The notes: generated by a model not told the origin, from the sequence alone. A stretch of DNA of 58,372 nt from Candidatus Micrarchaeota archaeon (GCA_021806095.1 JAJZYD010000001.1:1-58372), one strand, 5' to 3'. Numbered from the stretch's first letter, positions 1 to 9,416 are shown. Numbers and translations are program-made.

Positions 1-1
1 T

Positions 2-376
2 ACCAGCCACAATATAATAATAAATAATACCGTGAACGGCTATGTTAATGCTAATTCGTCAATATCTATCAATATCAACAGGCTTGTGTATATTAATTCT
101 TCAGCATCTCAATCAAGCTTCAATGCTACTGCAAGCTATTATACTGGTCCAAACGTTCCAAACACGATTACTGTAATAAGCGGTATGCCTAAAAATACTA
201 TAGGCTATTATATGGAGATAAGTCAAAATAAATTAATGGAATATAATTTTGCAACCTTAAACAACAACACAGTATGTTATATAAACATGCAAGTTAATGG
301 TAATACTATTTACAATCAAAACTTGGTAACCATGATTTCAACAACATTTATACCTATATGCATTAATGTGCATTGA
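2..376 (+). CDS. C-terminal part of an Asn/Ser/Thr-rich putative secreted/surface protein (5'-truncated by the window)
   Basis: Frame is open from position 2 (ACC AGC CAC...) to TGA at 374-376. N/S/T/Y-rich beta-type composition. Confidence 0.55.
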   Translation, partial: TSHNIIINNTVNGYVNANSSISININRLVYINSSASQSSFNATASYYTGPNVPNTITVISGMPKNTIGYYMEISQNKLMEYNFATLNNNTVCYINMQVNGNTIYNQNLVTMISTTFIPICINVH

Positions 377-407
377 TCAGTGAACTGCCCTTGTGGGAGC
401 GGGTCTA

Positions 408-1040
408 TTAGTATTGACTTTCCAGTTTACCAGAATCTGCCAGTTTTTTGTACTTTCTAATAAAATTCAATACAGTAGACCTGGTGTGCTTATCGTAAAA
501 TTTCAGATATTTTTGTAATTTCTTTTTGTCTATAACTTTCAGCAATCCAGCATAATTTTGGATTGATAATTTTATTTTATAATAAAACAGATCTATCAAT
601 GTTTTTTCAGGGTCAGATACTGGAATATTTAATTTGTTATATTTTATAAAATCAATTCCAAAGAAATATTTGGCTGGTATATGGTGAATAAAAAAAATAG
701 TATTTTTGTCTTTAAACATGTTTGCATTAGACATCCTTACTTTTCTAATTGTAATAATATCTAATTTTGAGTTCTGCGTCCACAGATCTCTTATAGTTAG
801 AGCAGACAGCAGTCCATAATAAAATGGGCTATATGCAAAACCTATTACTAATTCATTATTATTGATAGTATAGACTCCCTTTCTTATAGTATATATCATT
901 TTCTTGCTCCTCATATAAGAAATCAATCTTGACAAGTTTTTTGTATTACTCTTAACCATTATTAAATAAAGCTTTACATCATTGTATGTAAATATAGGAT
1001 AATCCGCAAAGTGTTTAATTATCTTATTGATTATTGTCAT
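408..1040 (-). CDS. AbiEi-like type IV TA antitoxin / wHTH transcriptional regulator
   Basis: 'IRKGVY' wHTH wing, 'YYGLLSAL' and 'VSDPEKTLID' motifs typical of AbiEi-family proteins. ATG at 1040 preferred over the track start (1064) because it follows AAGTGGG and overlaps the end of the upstream gene. Confidence 0.8.
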   Translation of the reverse strand: MTIINKIIKHFADYPIFTYNDVKLYLIMVKSNTKNLSRLISYMRSKKMIYTIRKGVYTINNNELVIGFAYSPFYYGLLSALTIRDLWTQNSKLDIITIRKVRMSNANMFKDKNTIFFIHHIPAKYFFGIDFIKYNKLNIPVSDPEKTLIDLFYYKIKLSIQNYAGLLKVIDKKKLQKYLKFYDKHTRSTVLNFIRKYKKLADSGKLESQY

Positions 1041-1716
1041 TAACCCACTTTTTAAGTTTATCAATTATAAAATCGAATGATGGTGGCACTCCAGAAATTA
1101 TTAAATGCCCCAAACTATTAATATCTACAGGAGGATGTTTTTTTATTTTATTGATTAATAATTTAAGCTTTTTAATTGTTGAAACATCTCTTTTTTTGAT
1201 TTGTGTAGTAAGATACCATATATCATATAAGTCATGTGCTTCTGGATGTTTAAAACTACCTTCGTTATCAAATTTATCATTATATGCTTCTATTTTCTCA
1301 TTTAATAGCTTGAGTGGATTTAATGATAAAATTATTATTTTACTTCCATCAACTTTCAAGTATTCTACTGGCGCACCTTTTTTATAATTAAAATTAATAT
1401 TTATTTTCATTTTAGTCTCAGCAATTTCAACCAAGAAATGCATAGTATTTGTAGAATTACTGTATCCTTTCTCTTTTATTACAAATCCATAATCTTGCAA
1501 AAACTTTGCAATTTCTTTATAATATTTCATTTTTTCTGTAATGTTTTTTGCATCTAAATAAAAATCAAGATCTCTAGAAAATCTGTTTCCAGAATAACAC
1601 CTCCATATTGCAGTTCCACCGTGCAATACAAGATGTATATATTTACCATACAAAAGTTCTATTATTGTATCCTCAAGCTTTGCTTTTTCAAGTTGTCCAG
1701 GATTTTTAAGGTTCAT
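1024..1716 (-). CDS. AbiEii/AbiGii-family nucleotidyltransferase toxin
   Basis: 'LVLHGGTAIWRCYSGNRFSRDLDF' (GGT...RFSxDLD), plus 'EKI' and 'DLYDIW' C-terminal motifs. Confidence 0.88.
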   Translation of the reverse strand: MNLKNPGQLEKAKLEDTIIELLYGKYIHLVLHGGTAIWRCYSGNRFSRDLDFYLDAKNITEKMKYYKEIAKFLQDYGFVIKEKGYSNSTNTMHFLVEIAETKMKININFNYKKGAPVEYLKVDGSKIIILSLNPLKLLNEKIEAYNDKFDNEGSFKHPEAHDLYDIWYLTTQIKKRDVSTIKKLKLLINKIKKHPPVDINSLGHLIISGVPPSFDFIIDKLKKWVNDNNQ

Positions 1717-1720
1717 TAAA

Positions 1721-1785
1721 TAACCACAATTTATTACATATTTATGTAATAATATGCACTTATATATTTAGAAGCATTGTGGTTA
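1721..1785. promoter_or_regulatory. Nested inverted repeats in the AbiE promoter (putative autoregulatory operator)
   Basis: TAACCACAAT (1721-1730) / ATTGTGGTTA (1776-1785) and TTATTACATA (1731-1740) / TATGTAATAA (1743-1752) are both perfect 10-bp inverted repeats. A TATA-like stretch lies at about 1761-1770. Confidence 0.6.
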
Positions 1786-1901
1786 AAAGTTAGAAAATTA
1801 TTGAAATGATTTTTTCTTAGGAGAAAGCCAAAACCATCATTTATATATTTTTAAGCTGTGTATAATTTATTATATATTTTATTGTTTCGCATTAATATAT
1901 T

Positions 1902-2816
1902 ATGCATAGTGATTCCATGGAAAATTATAATTTAGATAATCATAATAAGGATTATATTGAAATTATGGATAAATTTTATGGAATGATCTCAAAAAGCATC
2001 GCTATAAAGATTATGAAAGGAGAACTATTAATACAGCAAGACAATAAATTAGATAACCAAAAAGATAATGCAAATTCTAATAAAATTAATAAAATAGCAT
2101 TGGATGACACAACAGATGTTAAAAGTATAATAGAATTTATAAATACAAAAAGAAGCAAAATACTGAGTGGCTTTGATAATAAAGAAAATATGCAAAATGA
2201 AGAATCATATATTGTAAATGTTGAAGATGAAGTTTATAGAATATTCAATGCTGCTCCTACAAAAAATAGCAAAATAATAAGGAGGACAATAGTGCTAGGG
2301 CATGAAGGCAGCTCAATAAATCTAATAGTCCATAATAAGTTATCTGATTTTGTTGATGTTAATAGTATTGAAAGAGGTGATACCATATTAGTAAAAGGAG
2401 CTAAGCTCGACATCAAGCAGTCAATGCTGTTTGATCAAAAAAATACGTTGATATTAAAATTATTGCCATCGAAGCAGAAGATATACAATATAACGGAGCT
2501 GAATGAAAACATGAGAAATATTGATGTCATAGGCAGAGTTACAGAAATAAGCCCCATAAAATATGTAAATGGATTGGGGAATGATCAGATTGCAGTTGCA
2601 AACTGCATCATTAGCTTGAATAAAGAATCTATAAATGTATCATTGTGGGGCTCTTCTGCGCTTGCAACAGCAAAAATGAATCTGAACAATTACATAAAAA
2701 TAGAATTCTGTAATGTAAGGAAAAGGGCAGACAAGCTTGAAATAATAGCAAATGACTATTCAAGAGTATTAATAAACAATACTATAATTCAAAAAGTAAA
2801 AAAGATGGAGCGATGA
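1902..2816 (+). CDS. Replication protein A / SSB-like protein with OB folds
   Basis: 'ITELNENMRNIDVIGRVTEISP...INVSLWG' OB-fold signature, with a second OB-like region upstream. Confidence 0.8.
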   Translation: MHSDSMENYNLDNHNKDYIEIMDKFYGMISKSIAIKIMKGELLIQQDNKLDNQKDNANSNKINKIALDDTTDVKSIIEFINTKRSKILSGFDNKENMQNEESYIVNVEDEVYRIFNAAPTKNSKIIRRTIVLGHEGSSINLIVHNKLSDFVDVNSIERGDTILVKGAKLDIKQSMLFDQKNTLILKLLPSKQKIYNITELNENMRNIDVIGRVTEISPIKYVNGLGNDQIAVANCIISLNKESINVSLWGSSALATAKMNLNNYIKIEFCNVRKRADKLEIIANDYSRVLINNTIIQKVKKMER

Positions 2817-3694
2817 TCAATAACAACTTGATAGAAATTGAGAACTTTGGATATGATAAATTGCATGCTTATTATAATATGGCTATTGATGAATGGCTGT
2901 TTAATTATATCGTAGAAAAAAATATAACTAATAAATTATTTGTAAGGACATATGATTTTTTAAGGTCAGCTGTAATACTTGGCAGGAATGATGATATATC
3001 AAATATTAAAAGATCAGATAATTACGAAAAAAATTATGATTTGACAAGAAGGGAAACAGGAGGTATGCCTATATATGTAGGAGACGAAACTTTTTCTTAT
3101 AGTATTATAGGCAATCTTTCATTCTTGAAGAATAATATAATAACAGTCGAAATACATAAGTTGCTGGGCCCTGTAATTGTTAATGCACTTGAAGAATTAA
3201 TTCCGCAAAATAAAGAGAAAGGAAATTTTGAAGTTGGTAATAAATATAGTATTAAATTTAAAAATAAACCTATAGCAGGCAATTCATCAAACATATCTAA
3301 TAAAACATTTTTATATCATGGTGTAATAACAGTATCAAAACTTGATGCAGATAAAATCTCGACTCTTATAAATTTAAATAAGGAAGATTATGAATCTATT
3401 AAGCAGCTTCCTTATTTGTCTGAAGAAGATTTAGCGGCCCCGCTAGACGCAATAGCCATAAAGGAGAAGCTAAAAAAGAGCATACCTTCAAACATTTGTA
3501 ACCTTCAAAAAAGTAGTAATAATACTGAAGGCAAAGAAGTTCAATTACATGAAATTGATAATAATTTTAAAAATTTAATACTTAAAAATGCTAATGTGAT
3601 TGCAGATAACAAATATAACAATAAAGAATGGATCAATAAAGATAAAGAGAATCTTAAAAGTGGCAGAGGGTATTGTTTGCTCTATCAAGGCTAA
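2813..3694 (+). CDS. Lipoate-protein ligase family (LplA/LipM-like catalytic domain)
   Basis: 'YNMAIDEWL', 'VILGR', 'RRETGG', 'KPIAGN', 'LYHG' motifs. ATGA overlap with the RPA gene. Confidence 0.8.
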   Translation: MINNNLIEIENFGYDKLHAYYNMAIDEWLFNYIVEKNITNKLFVRTYDFLRSAVILGRNDDISNIKRSDNYEKNYDLTRRETGGMPIYVGDETFSYSIIGNLSFLKNNIITVEIHKLLGPVIVNALEELIPQNKEKGNFEVGNKYSIKFKNKPIAGNSSNISNKTFLYHGVITVSKLDADKISTLINLNKEDYESIKQLPYLSEEDLAAPLDAIAIKEKLKKSIPSNICNLQKSSNNTEGKEVQLHEIDNNFKNLILKNANVIADNKYNNKEWINKDKENLKSGRGYCLLYQG

Positions 3695-3848
3695 TACTAT
3701 AAAGTCTATTTTTACAAATTTGCCTTTCTATACTTTCTCATTGTCTAAAATATTTTTTAATTTATAGTTAGTTATTTGTCTAATTATATTTCGTCTTTTT
3801 AAATATTTGTTTTAATATCTTGATATAACTTTATTTTGTGGGATTTAT

Positions 3849-5468
3849 ATGGAAATAAATAAAAATGAAACATATAATAAAAAAAATGAAGAAGATAAAA
3901 AGTTTGGAGTAAACTTTTTTTCTATAACAACACCGGCAACATTTATCAGTGCAGAAGAGCTTGGCAAAGCGCTAAACGAAGATTCAAATAAAATATCAAA
4001 AGGTCTTGGATTTTCTGAGATTCATCTCCCAACTTTTTCAACAAGCAATGTAACAATGACTGCAGATGTTCTTTATGATTTTATAAAAAGTATTGCAGAA
4101 GATAAAAAACAATCAGAAAAATTCTTTGATGAGCCAATCAAAGAGATCTATTTTGCAACTGAGAGCAATGATGATTTGAGCAGACCTGAAGTAAGTGTCG
4201 CACTCTCTATAGTTTATTCAAAACTGCTAAGTGAAGATGAGCATAAATATAGGCCATATATAGAGACTTTCAAACGTAGTGAGGTTAAGCAGGTAACCTT
4301 TGCGTGTGCTGGTGGTGGTTTATCATTGACTGATGCAGTCTCAAGATCAGCACTTGCTTACAAACTTGGAAGAAAGGAATCTGCTATTGTAATAACTTCA
4401 GATACCGCTGTATACGACGCAAAAAGAGCACCAAAAGCAGAGACAACACAAGGAGCAGCAACAGCTTTATTATGGATTACATCAGATCCAGCTCTTGAAA
4501 GTATAGACTATGTTACTGGATTTTCGGCATTCAATCTTCCATTCTCAGATTTTACTAAATTCGGAGATAGAACTCCGAAAGTTTATGGTGTATTTTCTGA
4601 GAGAGGTTATGTATATGGAGCTGCTGAAGTTGTTATGGATATTGAAAGAAAATTTAAAAAGAATAATAAGAAGCTTACTGATTTAGATTTTTTGATTGCA
4701 CATGTACCTTTTCCAAAGCAGGCTATATATTTTGCCACATTCCTTTTTGAGCACCATATAAAGACAAACCAAAAAGAATTCTTTGAAGAGCTGCAGAAAA
4801 GAATAGGCAGTGATCCTTTATCTTATAATCATTTTGTAGATATAATGGATAAAAAATTTAAATCGTTTGATCAAAGCAAGCACGGCAGCATTGTTGATTA
4901 TATATCAAACGATGAAGAGATAACTGCATTCTGGAAATGGCTTGCAAAGATAAGGGAAATAAATAAAAGTAATGGAGAATTTAAAATAAAGGAATTTGAA
5001 AATTTCTTAAGGAGATATAATATTCCAGATGCGCTTGAACTGCCTTCTCATGTTGGAAACTCTTATACAAGCTCAGTAATAATATCAAATGCAAGTTTGC
5101 TAAATAGCTTTATAAAAAAAGGCGTGAAAGAAGCAAAGAAAGGTATAATAATATCTTACGGCAGTGGTAAAGTTATTGTTGGAATACCTATTGAAATAAA
5201 TATTAAGAATAGCAATAATCTACATATCAACAACATAGAAAACAATACAATTCCATTGAAGGCTTCGCAATATGAACTCATACATGACAATCTCATCAAA
5301 GGAGATGCAGCAAGGACTATTGTAGATATAAACCTTCTTGAGATTGACAAAAAGCTTTTAGAAAAGCTTCCCGATGGATTTCACTTGTTGAGAAGGTATG
5401 AGGATGGAACAGCAGATGCAGTCTATGTAAAGAACAACAAGATCGAGGAAATAAAACCACGTTATTGA
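3849..5468 (+). CDS. mvaS: Hydroxymethylglutaryl-CoA synthase (long form with insertions)
   Basis: 'ATES' (catalytic Glu), 'FACAGG' (catalytic Cys), 'ETTQGA', 'HVPF' (catalytic His), 'GNSYTSS', 'SYGSG'. Confidence 0.85.
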   Translation: MEINKNETYNKKNEEDKKFGVNFFSITTPATFISAEELGKALNEDSNKISKGLGFSEIHLPTFSTSNVTMTADVLYDFIKSIAEDKKQSEKFFDEPIKEIYFATESNDDLSRPEVSVALSIVYSKLLSEDEHKYRPYIETFKRSEVKQVTFACAGGGLSLTDAVSRSALAYKLGRKESAIVITSDTAVYDAKRAPKAETTQGAATALLWITSDPALESIDYVTGFSAFNLPFSDFTKFGDRTPKVYGVFSERGYVYGAAEVVMDIERKFKKNNKKLTDLDFLIAHVPFPKQAIYFATFLFEHHIKTNQKEFFEELQKRIGSDPLSYNHFVDIMDKKFKSFDQSKHGSIVDYISNDEEITAFWKWLAKIREINKSNGEFKIKEFENFLRRYNIPDALELPSHVGNSYTSSVIISNASLLNSFIKKGVKEAKKGIIISYGSGKVIVGIPIEINIKNSNNLHINNIENNTIPLKASQYELIHDNLIKGDAARTIVDINLLEIDKKLLEKLPDGFHLLRRYEDGTADAVYVKNNKIEEIKPRY

Positions 5469-5671
5469 GTTTATTTGATTTTATAAATATTTTATTTAAT
5501 ATAAATTTAATATAAAAATTATTAAACTATTTGTCAACCATCCTGCATTTTCAAAAAATAGTCAACTTAAAAGCTTGAAAGTGCAAATTGCCAGAAATAA
5601 AATTAATTAAATAAATCCCAAAAAAACTTGTATTTTTATATTTTACGTTTAAAATCATATCGTAGATTTTT

Positions 5672-6247
5672 ATGGGATTATTGCTTTATAGTATTATAGG
5701 CATAATATTGGCTATAGTAATAATAATATTTATAGTAATATATAACGTGTTAGTTTCATTGAGAAGAAATGTTGATAAAGCATGGGCTGATATAGATGTT
5801 TTATTGCAGAAAAGGCACGATGTACTTACAAAACTGATTGACACTGTCAGTGGGTATATGAAATATGAGAAGGGATTAATGACCCAGATAACGCAGCTTA
5901 GGAGCGAGTGGATGAATATACCTCAAAATGATGTACAATCAAAGATTAATGCTTCAAACAAAATTTCTGGCGCGCTTAAGTCTATCTTTGCAGTTGCTGA
6001 AAATTATCCAGATCTTAAGGCAGATAATAACTTCATACAACTCCAGCAATCCATAACAGAGCTTGAATCTCAAATTGCAGATGCAAGAGAATTCTATAAT
6101 GACAGTGTTACACAGTTTAATATAAGAATAAAGCAAATACCATACAACATATTCGTAGGCATGCTTGGCTATAATACTATGCCTCTTTTCCAAGTATCTT
6201 CAGAAGAAAAAGCAGATGGAAAAATAAATTTAAATACAAATAATTAG
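5672..6247 (+). CDS. lemA: LemA family protein
   Basis: N-terminal TM; 'YNVLV...AWADIDVLLQKRHD', 'ENYPDLKA', 'REFYND'. Confidence 0.95.
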   Translation: MGLLLYSIIGIILAIVIIIFIVIYNVLVSLRRNVDKAWADIDVLLQKRHDVLTKLIDTVSGYMKYEKGLMTQITQLRSEWMNIPQNDVQSKINASNKISGALKSIFAVAENYPDLKADNNFIQLQQSITELESQIADAREFYNDSVTQFNIRIKQIPYNIFVGMLGYNTMPLFQVSSEEKADGKINLNTNN

Positions 6248-6256
6248 ATGATGTAA

Positions 6257-7885
6257 ATGGTAGATAATAACGCAGATAAATTTACAGGTTCAAATCCTGC
6301 AGATGCCCAAAACCAAAGTGCACCTGATGCAGGCAGCCAACAATCACAAAAATTAAATCCTATTGCCAATAAAATAAAGCTTCTGCAATATGATAAGCAA
6401 ATGGACCTTTCTTCGACCAATACTGAATTTCTGCAGTATACTCCAAAATACGCAGCAGATGTAAAAGCAAAAAACATGGATTATAACTTGCTGTATATTA
6501 TTTTAGGTATTATGCTTATTGCACCTGTAATTGATTTTATATCTATACTTTATGCACAACATTATTCTTCTTACACTTACCCTGCTATAGATAATTTCTC
6601 AACACTTACAACACTTATGATAGAATTTTTCATTGCTGGAATTATATCTATTTATATAGGTTTCAAGAAATTCTCACTTGAGCAAATACTTTCTTCAACT
6701 CCAGTAATAAAAATTGATGTTGCTACTTATAATTTAAACAAGATGCAAGGAAAATTCACTCCATATAAAAATCAGCCACTGAAAGCACCGATTAGCGGTG
6801 CAGAATGTGTTTATTATGCAGTAAACATATATGCAACTTTCCAAAAAGGCAAACCTGTTGTTTTAGGAACAGTTGATAATGGTGTTCCAACACTTTTTAC
6901 TGATGGAAGCGGTTATCTTGCAATTGATATGATAAAAGCCCGCAATGTGGAGACTTTTTTTAATGAATTTATAATATACAAAGAAGGCCTCTCTGGAATT
7001 TTGAATCTTACCCTTGCTACGTTTACTTCTGAAGGTTTTAAAGAGGGTAAACAGTTAGCTGCTGAACTCCTTCCACAAATTATAGAAGCAACTAAAAATA
7101 ATAAAACTGTTAATCTTTCACAGATACCTGGCTTCAAATTTACTCAACATTTCAACAACTGTGTTGTAGACCTTAAAGCAGGCGTACCTATTTATTCTAA
7201 TCAAAATTTTGCTTATTTCCTCGTAGAAAATTATATACCAATAAATTCGGATTATACGTGCCTTGGCGGAGCAGCCGATTCAAACAAAAGCATAGAGGAC
7301 AAACCTGTAAAAATATTAACTCCTGATCAGAGCAGAGGGATTATGGCCGTTAAAGCAGAAGCAACTCAAAATATTGCTAAGAGCATGAACAAAACCAGTA
7401 CGTTAAATTTTATTTTTGGCGTACTTTTTATTATAGCTGCCCTTTATATACTTTCTGTTGTTCTTAGAATACCTTCAACTACCCCAACAAATGTTAATAA
7501 TACAATAGCAACAACAATACCAATAACAACCGCATCAACATCACCCCAATCGCAACCACCAAAGACTTTAATAGCCAATAGCAGCTGTAGCAATCTCTTT
7601 GTTTCTGAACCTACCTGGGATACAAAGGAAAGCAGTATATGTTCATGGAGTGGTGGAAACGTAAAAATTTTAGCTGGAGGTGGTATTTCAGGATATGTAT
7701 CAGTAGAAATAATTGGTAGTGATGGCAAGACTTACTTCAACAATAGTACAACAAATTGGTGTCCTGCGCAGATTGGAAATGTTTACTTACCACCACAAAA
7801 TTACAGCATTACTATATTCTCAGGTAAAGGGGGTGGTAATTGTAATAGCAATCCAAATGCTACAGTATTGCTTTCTCCAAACTAG
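6257..7885 (+). CDS. Membrane protein with a GIDE-like domain and a C-terminal Cys-containing extracellular domain
   Basis: Three hydrophobic segments, 'PLKAPISGAECVYY' (GIDE-like motif), Thr/Pro linker, 4 Cys in the C-terminal domain. Starts 9 bp after lemA. Confidence 0.55.
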   Translation: MVDNNADKFTGSNPADAQNQSAPDAGSQQSQKLNPIANKIKLLQYDKQMDLSSTNTEFLQYTPKYAADVKAKNMDYNLLYIILGIMLIAPVIDFISILYAQHYSSYTYPAIDNFSTLTTLMIEFFIAGIISIYIGFKKFSLEQILSSTPVIKIDVATYNLNKMQGKFTPYKNQPLKAPISGAECVYYAVNIYATFQKGKPVVLGTVDNGVPTLFTDGSGYLAIDMIKARNVETFFNEFIIYKEGLSGILNLTLATFTSEGFKEGKQLAAELLPQIIEATKNNKTVNLSQIPGFKFTQHFNNCVVDLKAGVPIYSNQNFAYFLVENYIPINSDYTCLGGAADSNKSIEDKPVKILTPDQSRGIMAVKAEATQNIAKSMNKTSTLNFIFGVLFIIAALYILSVVLRIPSTTPTNVNNTIATTIPITTASTSPQSQPPKTLIANSSCSNLFVSEPTWDTKESSICSWSGGNVKILAGGGISGYVSVEIIGSDGKTYFNNSTTNWCPAQIGNVYLPPQNYSITIFSGKGGGNCNSNPNATVLLSPN

Positions 7886-7924
7886 CAACAATTTAAGATA
7901 AAAGAAAAAGAAAGAAGTAACATA

Positions 7925-7997
7925 CGCCTTGGCCGGGATTCGAACCCGGGTCACAAGCGTGACAGGCTCGTATGCTAGACCACTACACTACCAAGGC
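7925..7997 (-). tRNA. tRNA-Asp (GTC)
   Basis: GCCTTGG/CCAAGGC acceptor stem, anticodon loop CT-GTC-AC, GGTTCGAATCC T-arm. CCA not encoded. Confidence 0.97.
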
Positions 7998-8062
7998 ACG
8001 TTTATTTTTTCTTCTTCTTTTTCTTATTATTCTATTTCTTATTATTTTTATGTCTTTCGAAA

Positions 8063-8164
8063 TCCCGTTGGGGAGATTTGAACTCCCAGCCTATCGGTAT
8101 CCAACATGTTGTACATGCTGCAAACAAACTACAGCCGATCGCTCTGCCATTGAGCTACAACGGG
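8063..8164 (-). tRNA. tRNA-Tyr (GTA) with a 30-nt intron at position 37/38 (intron 8099-8128)
   Basis: CCCGTTG/CAACGGG acceptor (C1:G72, A73), ATCGG/CCGAT anticodon stem, CT-GTA-G|intron|A, TTCAAAT T-loop. Removing the intron gives 72 nt. Confidence 0.93.
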
Positions 8165-8646
8165 TTTTTATATAAATAAATTTTAGATAGACAAAATTAA
8201 CGTTGATAAAAATTAATATTAAATTTATGAAACAATATATTAATAAATATTACCAAATGCGACTAATCCAACATCAAATAAAGTATCAAAAAAGATACAA
8301 TAAATATAATCAAAACATAAACAGCAGAAGATATTAATAAGTTTTCGATAATAATATATTCTTATATATTATAACATTAATATTATTTAGCATATATCAG
8401 TGTTTTAGTATTCTTATTTGTAAAAACACAAAAATTTATTAATAAAATAAGTGGAAAATTCTGCATTCATCGATTTGCATAATGCGGTAACTATATGATA
8501 CCACATGTTTTAGCAGTAAGGATGCTATGAAGCACAAATTGCAAAAATATAAATATTGCTATTATAATAACAATATAAAATAATAATATAAAATAATATA
8601 ATAAAATAACAATATAAAAAATAAATAGATTTATTAAGGGATTTAT

Positions 8647-9057
8647 ATGGCAAATATATTTGAAGTAAAAAGTTCAGAATTAGTTAAGCTTGCTGCTGAA
8701 AGGCTTAAAACAAAAATAACAAAGCCGGAATATATTAATTATGTAAAGTCCGGAGCAGGCAATGAAAGACCTCCATTAGATGCTGATTTCTTTTATATAA
8801 GAACAGCTTCAATATTAAGGCAGATTTATATCAATGGACCTGTCGGTGTATCAAAACTTAGGGTGCGATATGGTACAAGAAAAGAGCATTCAGTGCACAG
8901 AAGACATATAGTAAAAGCAGGAGGAAGCATTATTAGAGATGCTTTTGCAGCTTTAGAATCCTTAAATTATGTTAAAAAAACAAAGCGCGGCAGAGTTATA
9001 ATGCCTGCTGGCAAATCCTTCTTAGATAAACTTAGCAATGAATTAGTGAAGAAATAA
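8647..9057 (+). CDS. rps19e: 30S ribosomal protein S19e
   Basis: 'VKSG..NERPP...FFYIRTASILRQIY..GPVGVSKLR..YG'. Confidence 0.97.
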   Translation: MANIFEVKSSELVKLAAERLKTKITKPEYINYVKSGAGNERPPLDADFFYIRTASILRQIYINGPVGVSKLRVRYGTRKEHSVHRRHIVKAGGSIIRDAFAALESLNYVKKTKRGRVIMPAGKSFLDKLSNELVKK

Positions 9058-9074
9058 TTCAAAAATATATAAAA

Positions 9075-9416
9075 ATGAAGCAAGGCGATATTTTGCAGGA
9101 TGATGAAGGTAATAATTATGAAGATGAGCCAGAGGAAGCAAGGCTCAAGAAGGCGCTTACTGAACAGTATAAGAGGCTCCAACTCGAGCAGCAGAAAAAG
9201 GAGATTGTACATTCACTGCTTGATCAAGAAGCTTTTGACAGACTTATGAATATAAGACTTTCCAATCCAGAATTATACACACAGCTTGTTGATTTGCTGA
9301 TATCGTTTGCTCAGAACGGAAGGCTTCAAACGAAGATGAATGTAAAGCAGTTCCTTGCGCTGATTCAGAAATTAACATATAAGCCAGATACAGAGATAAG
9401 CTTCAAACACAAATAA
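9075..9416 (+). CDS. PDCD5-family dsDNA-binding protein
   Basis: 'LDQEAFDRLMNIRLSNPE' motif; conserved position after rps19e. Confidence 0.9.
   Translation: MKQGDILQDDEGNNYEDEPEEARLKKALTEQYKRLQLEQQKKEIVHSLLDQEAFDRLMNIRLSNPELYTQLVDLLISFAQNGRLQTKMNVKQFLALIQKLTYKPDTEISFKHK

Noticed and set aside
408..7997. Integrated element at tRNA-Asp carrying the TA pair
   Set aside because: No integrase or duplicated tRNA 3' end is visible, and the interval includes housekeeping genes (RPA, HMGS).
7972..8175. 67-aa plus-strand ORF containing 'CCTCC'
   Set aside because: It is the antisense reading of tRNA-Tyr (with intron) and part of tRNA-Asp; not a Cys-rich peptide gene.
8260..8360. Hydrophobic minus-strand frame (IIENLLISSAVYVLIIFIVSFLILYLMLD)
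   Set aside because: An in-frame stop lies just upstream and there is no credible start; AT-rich DNA readily yields such frames.
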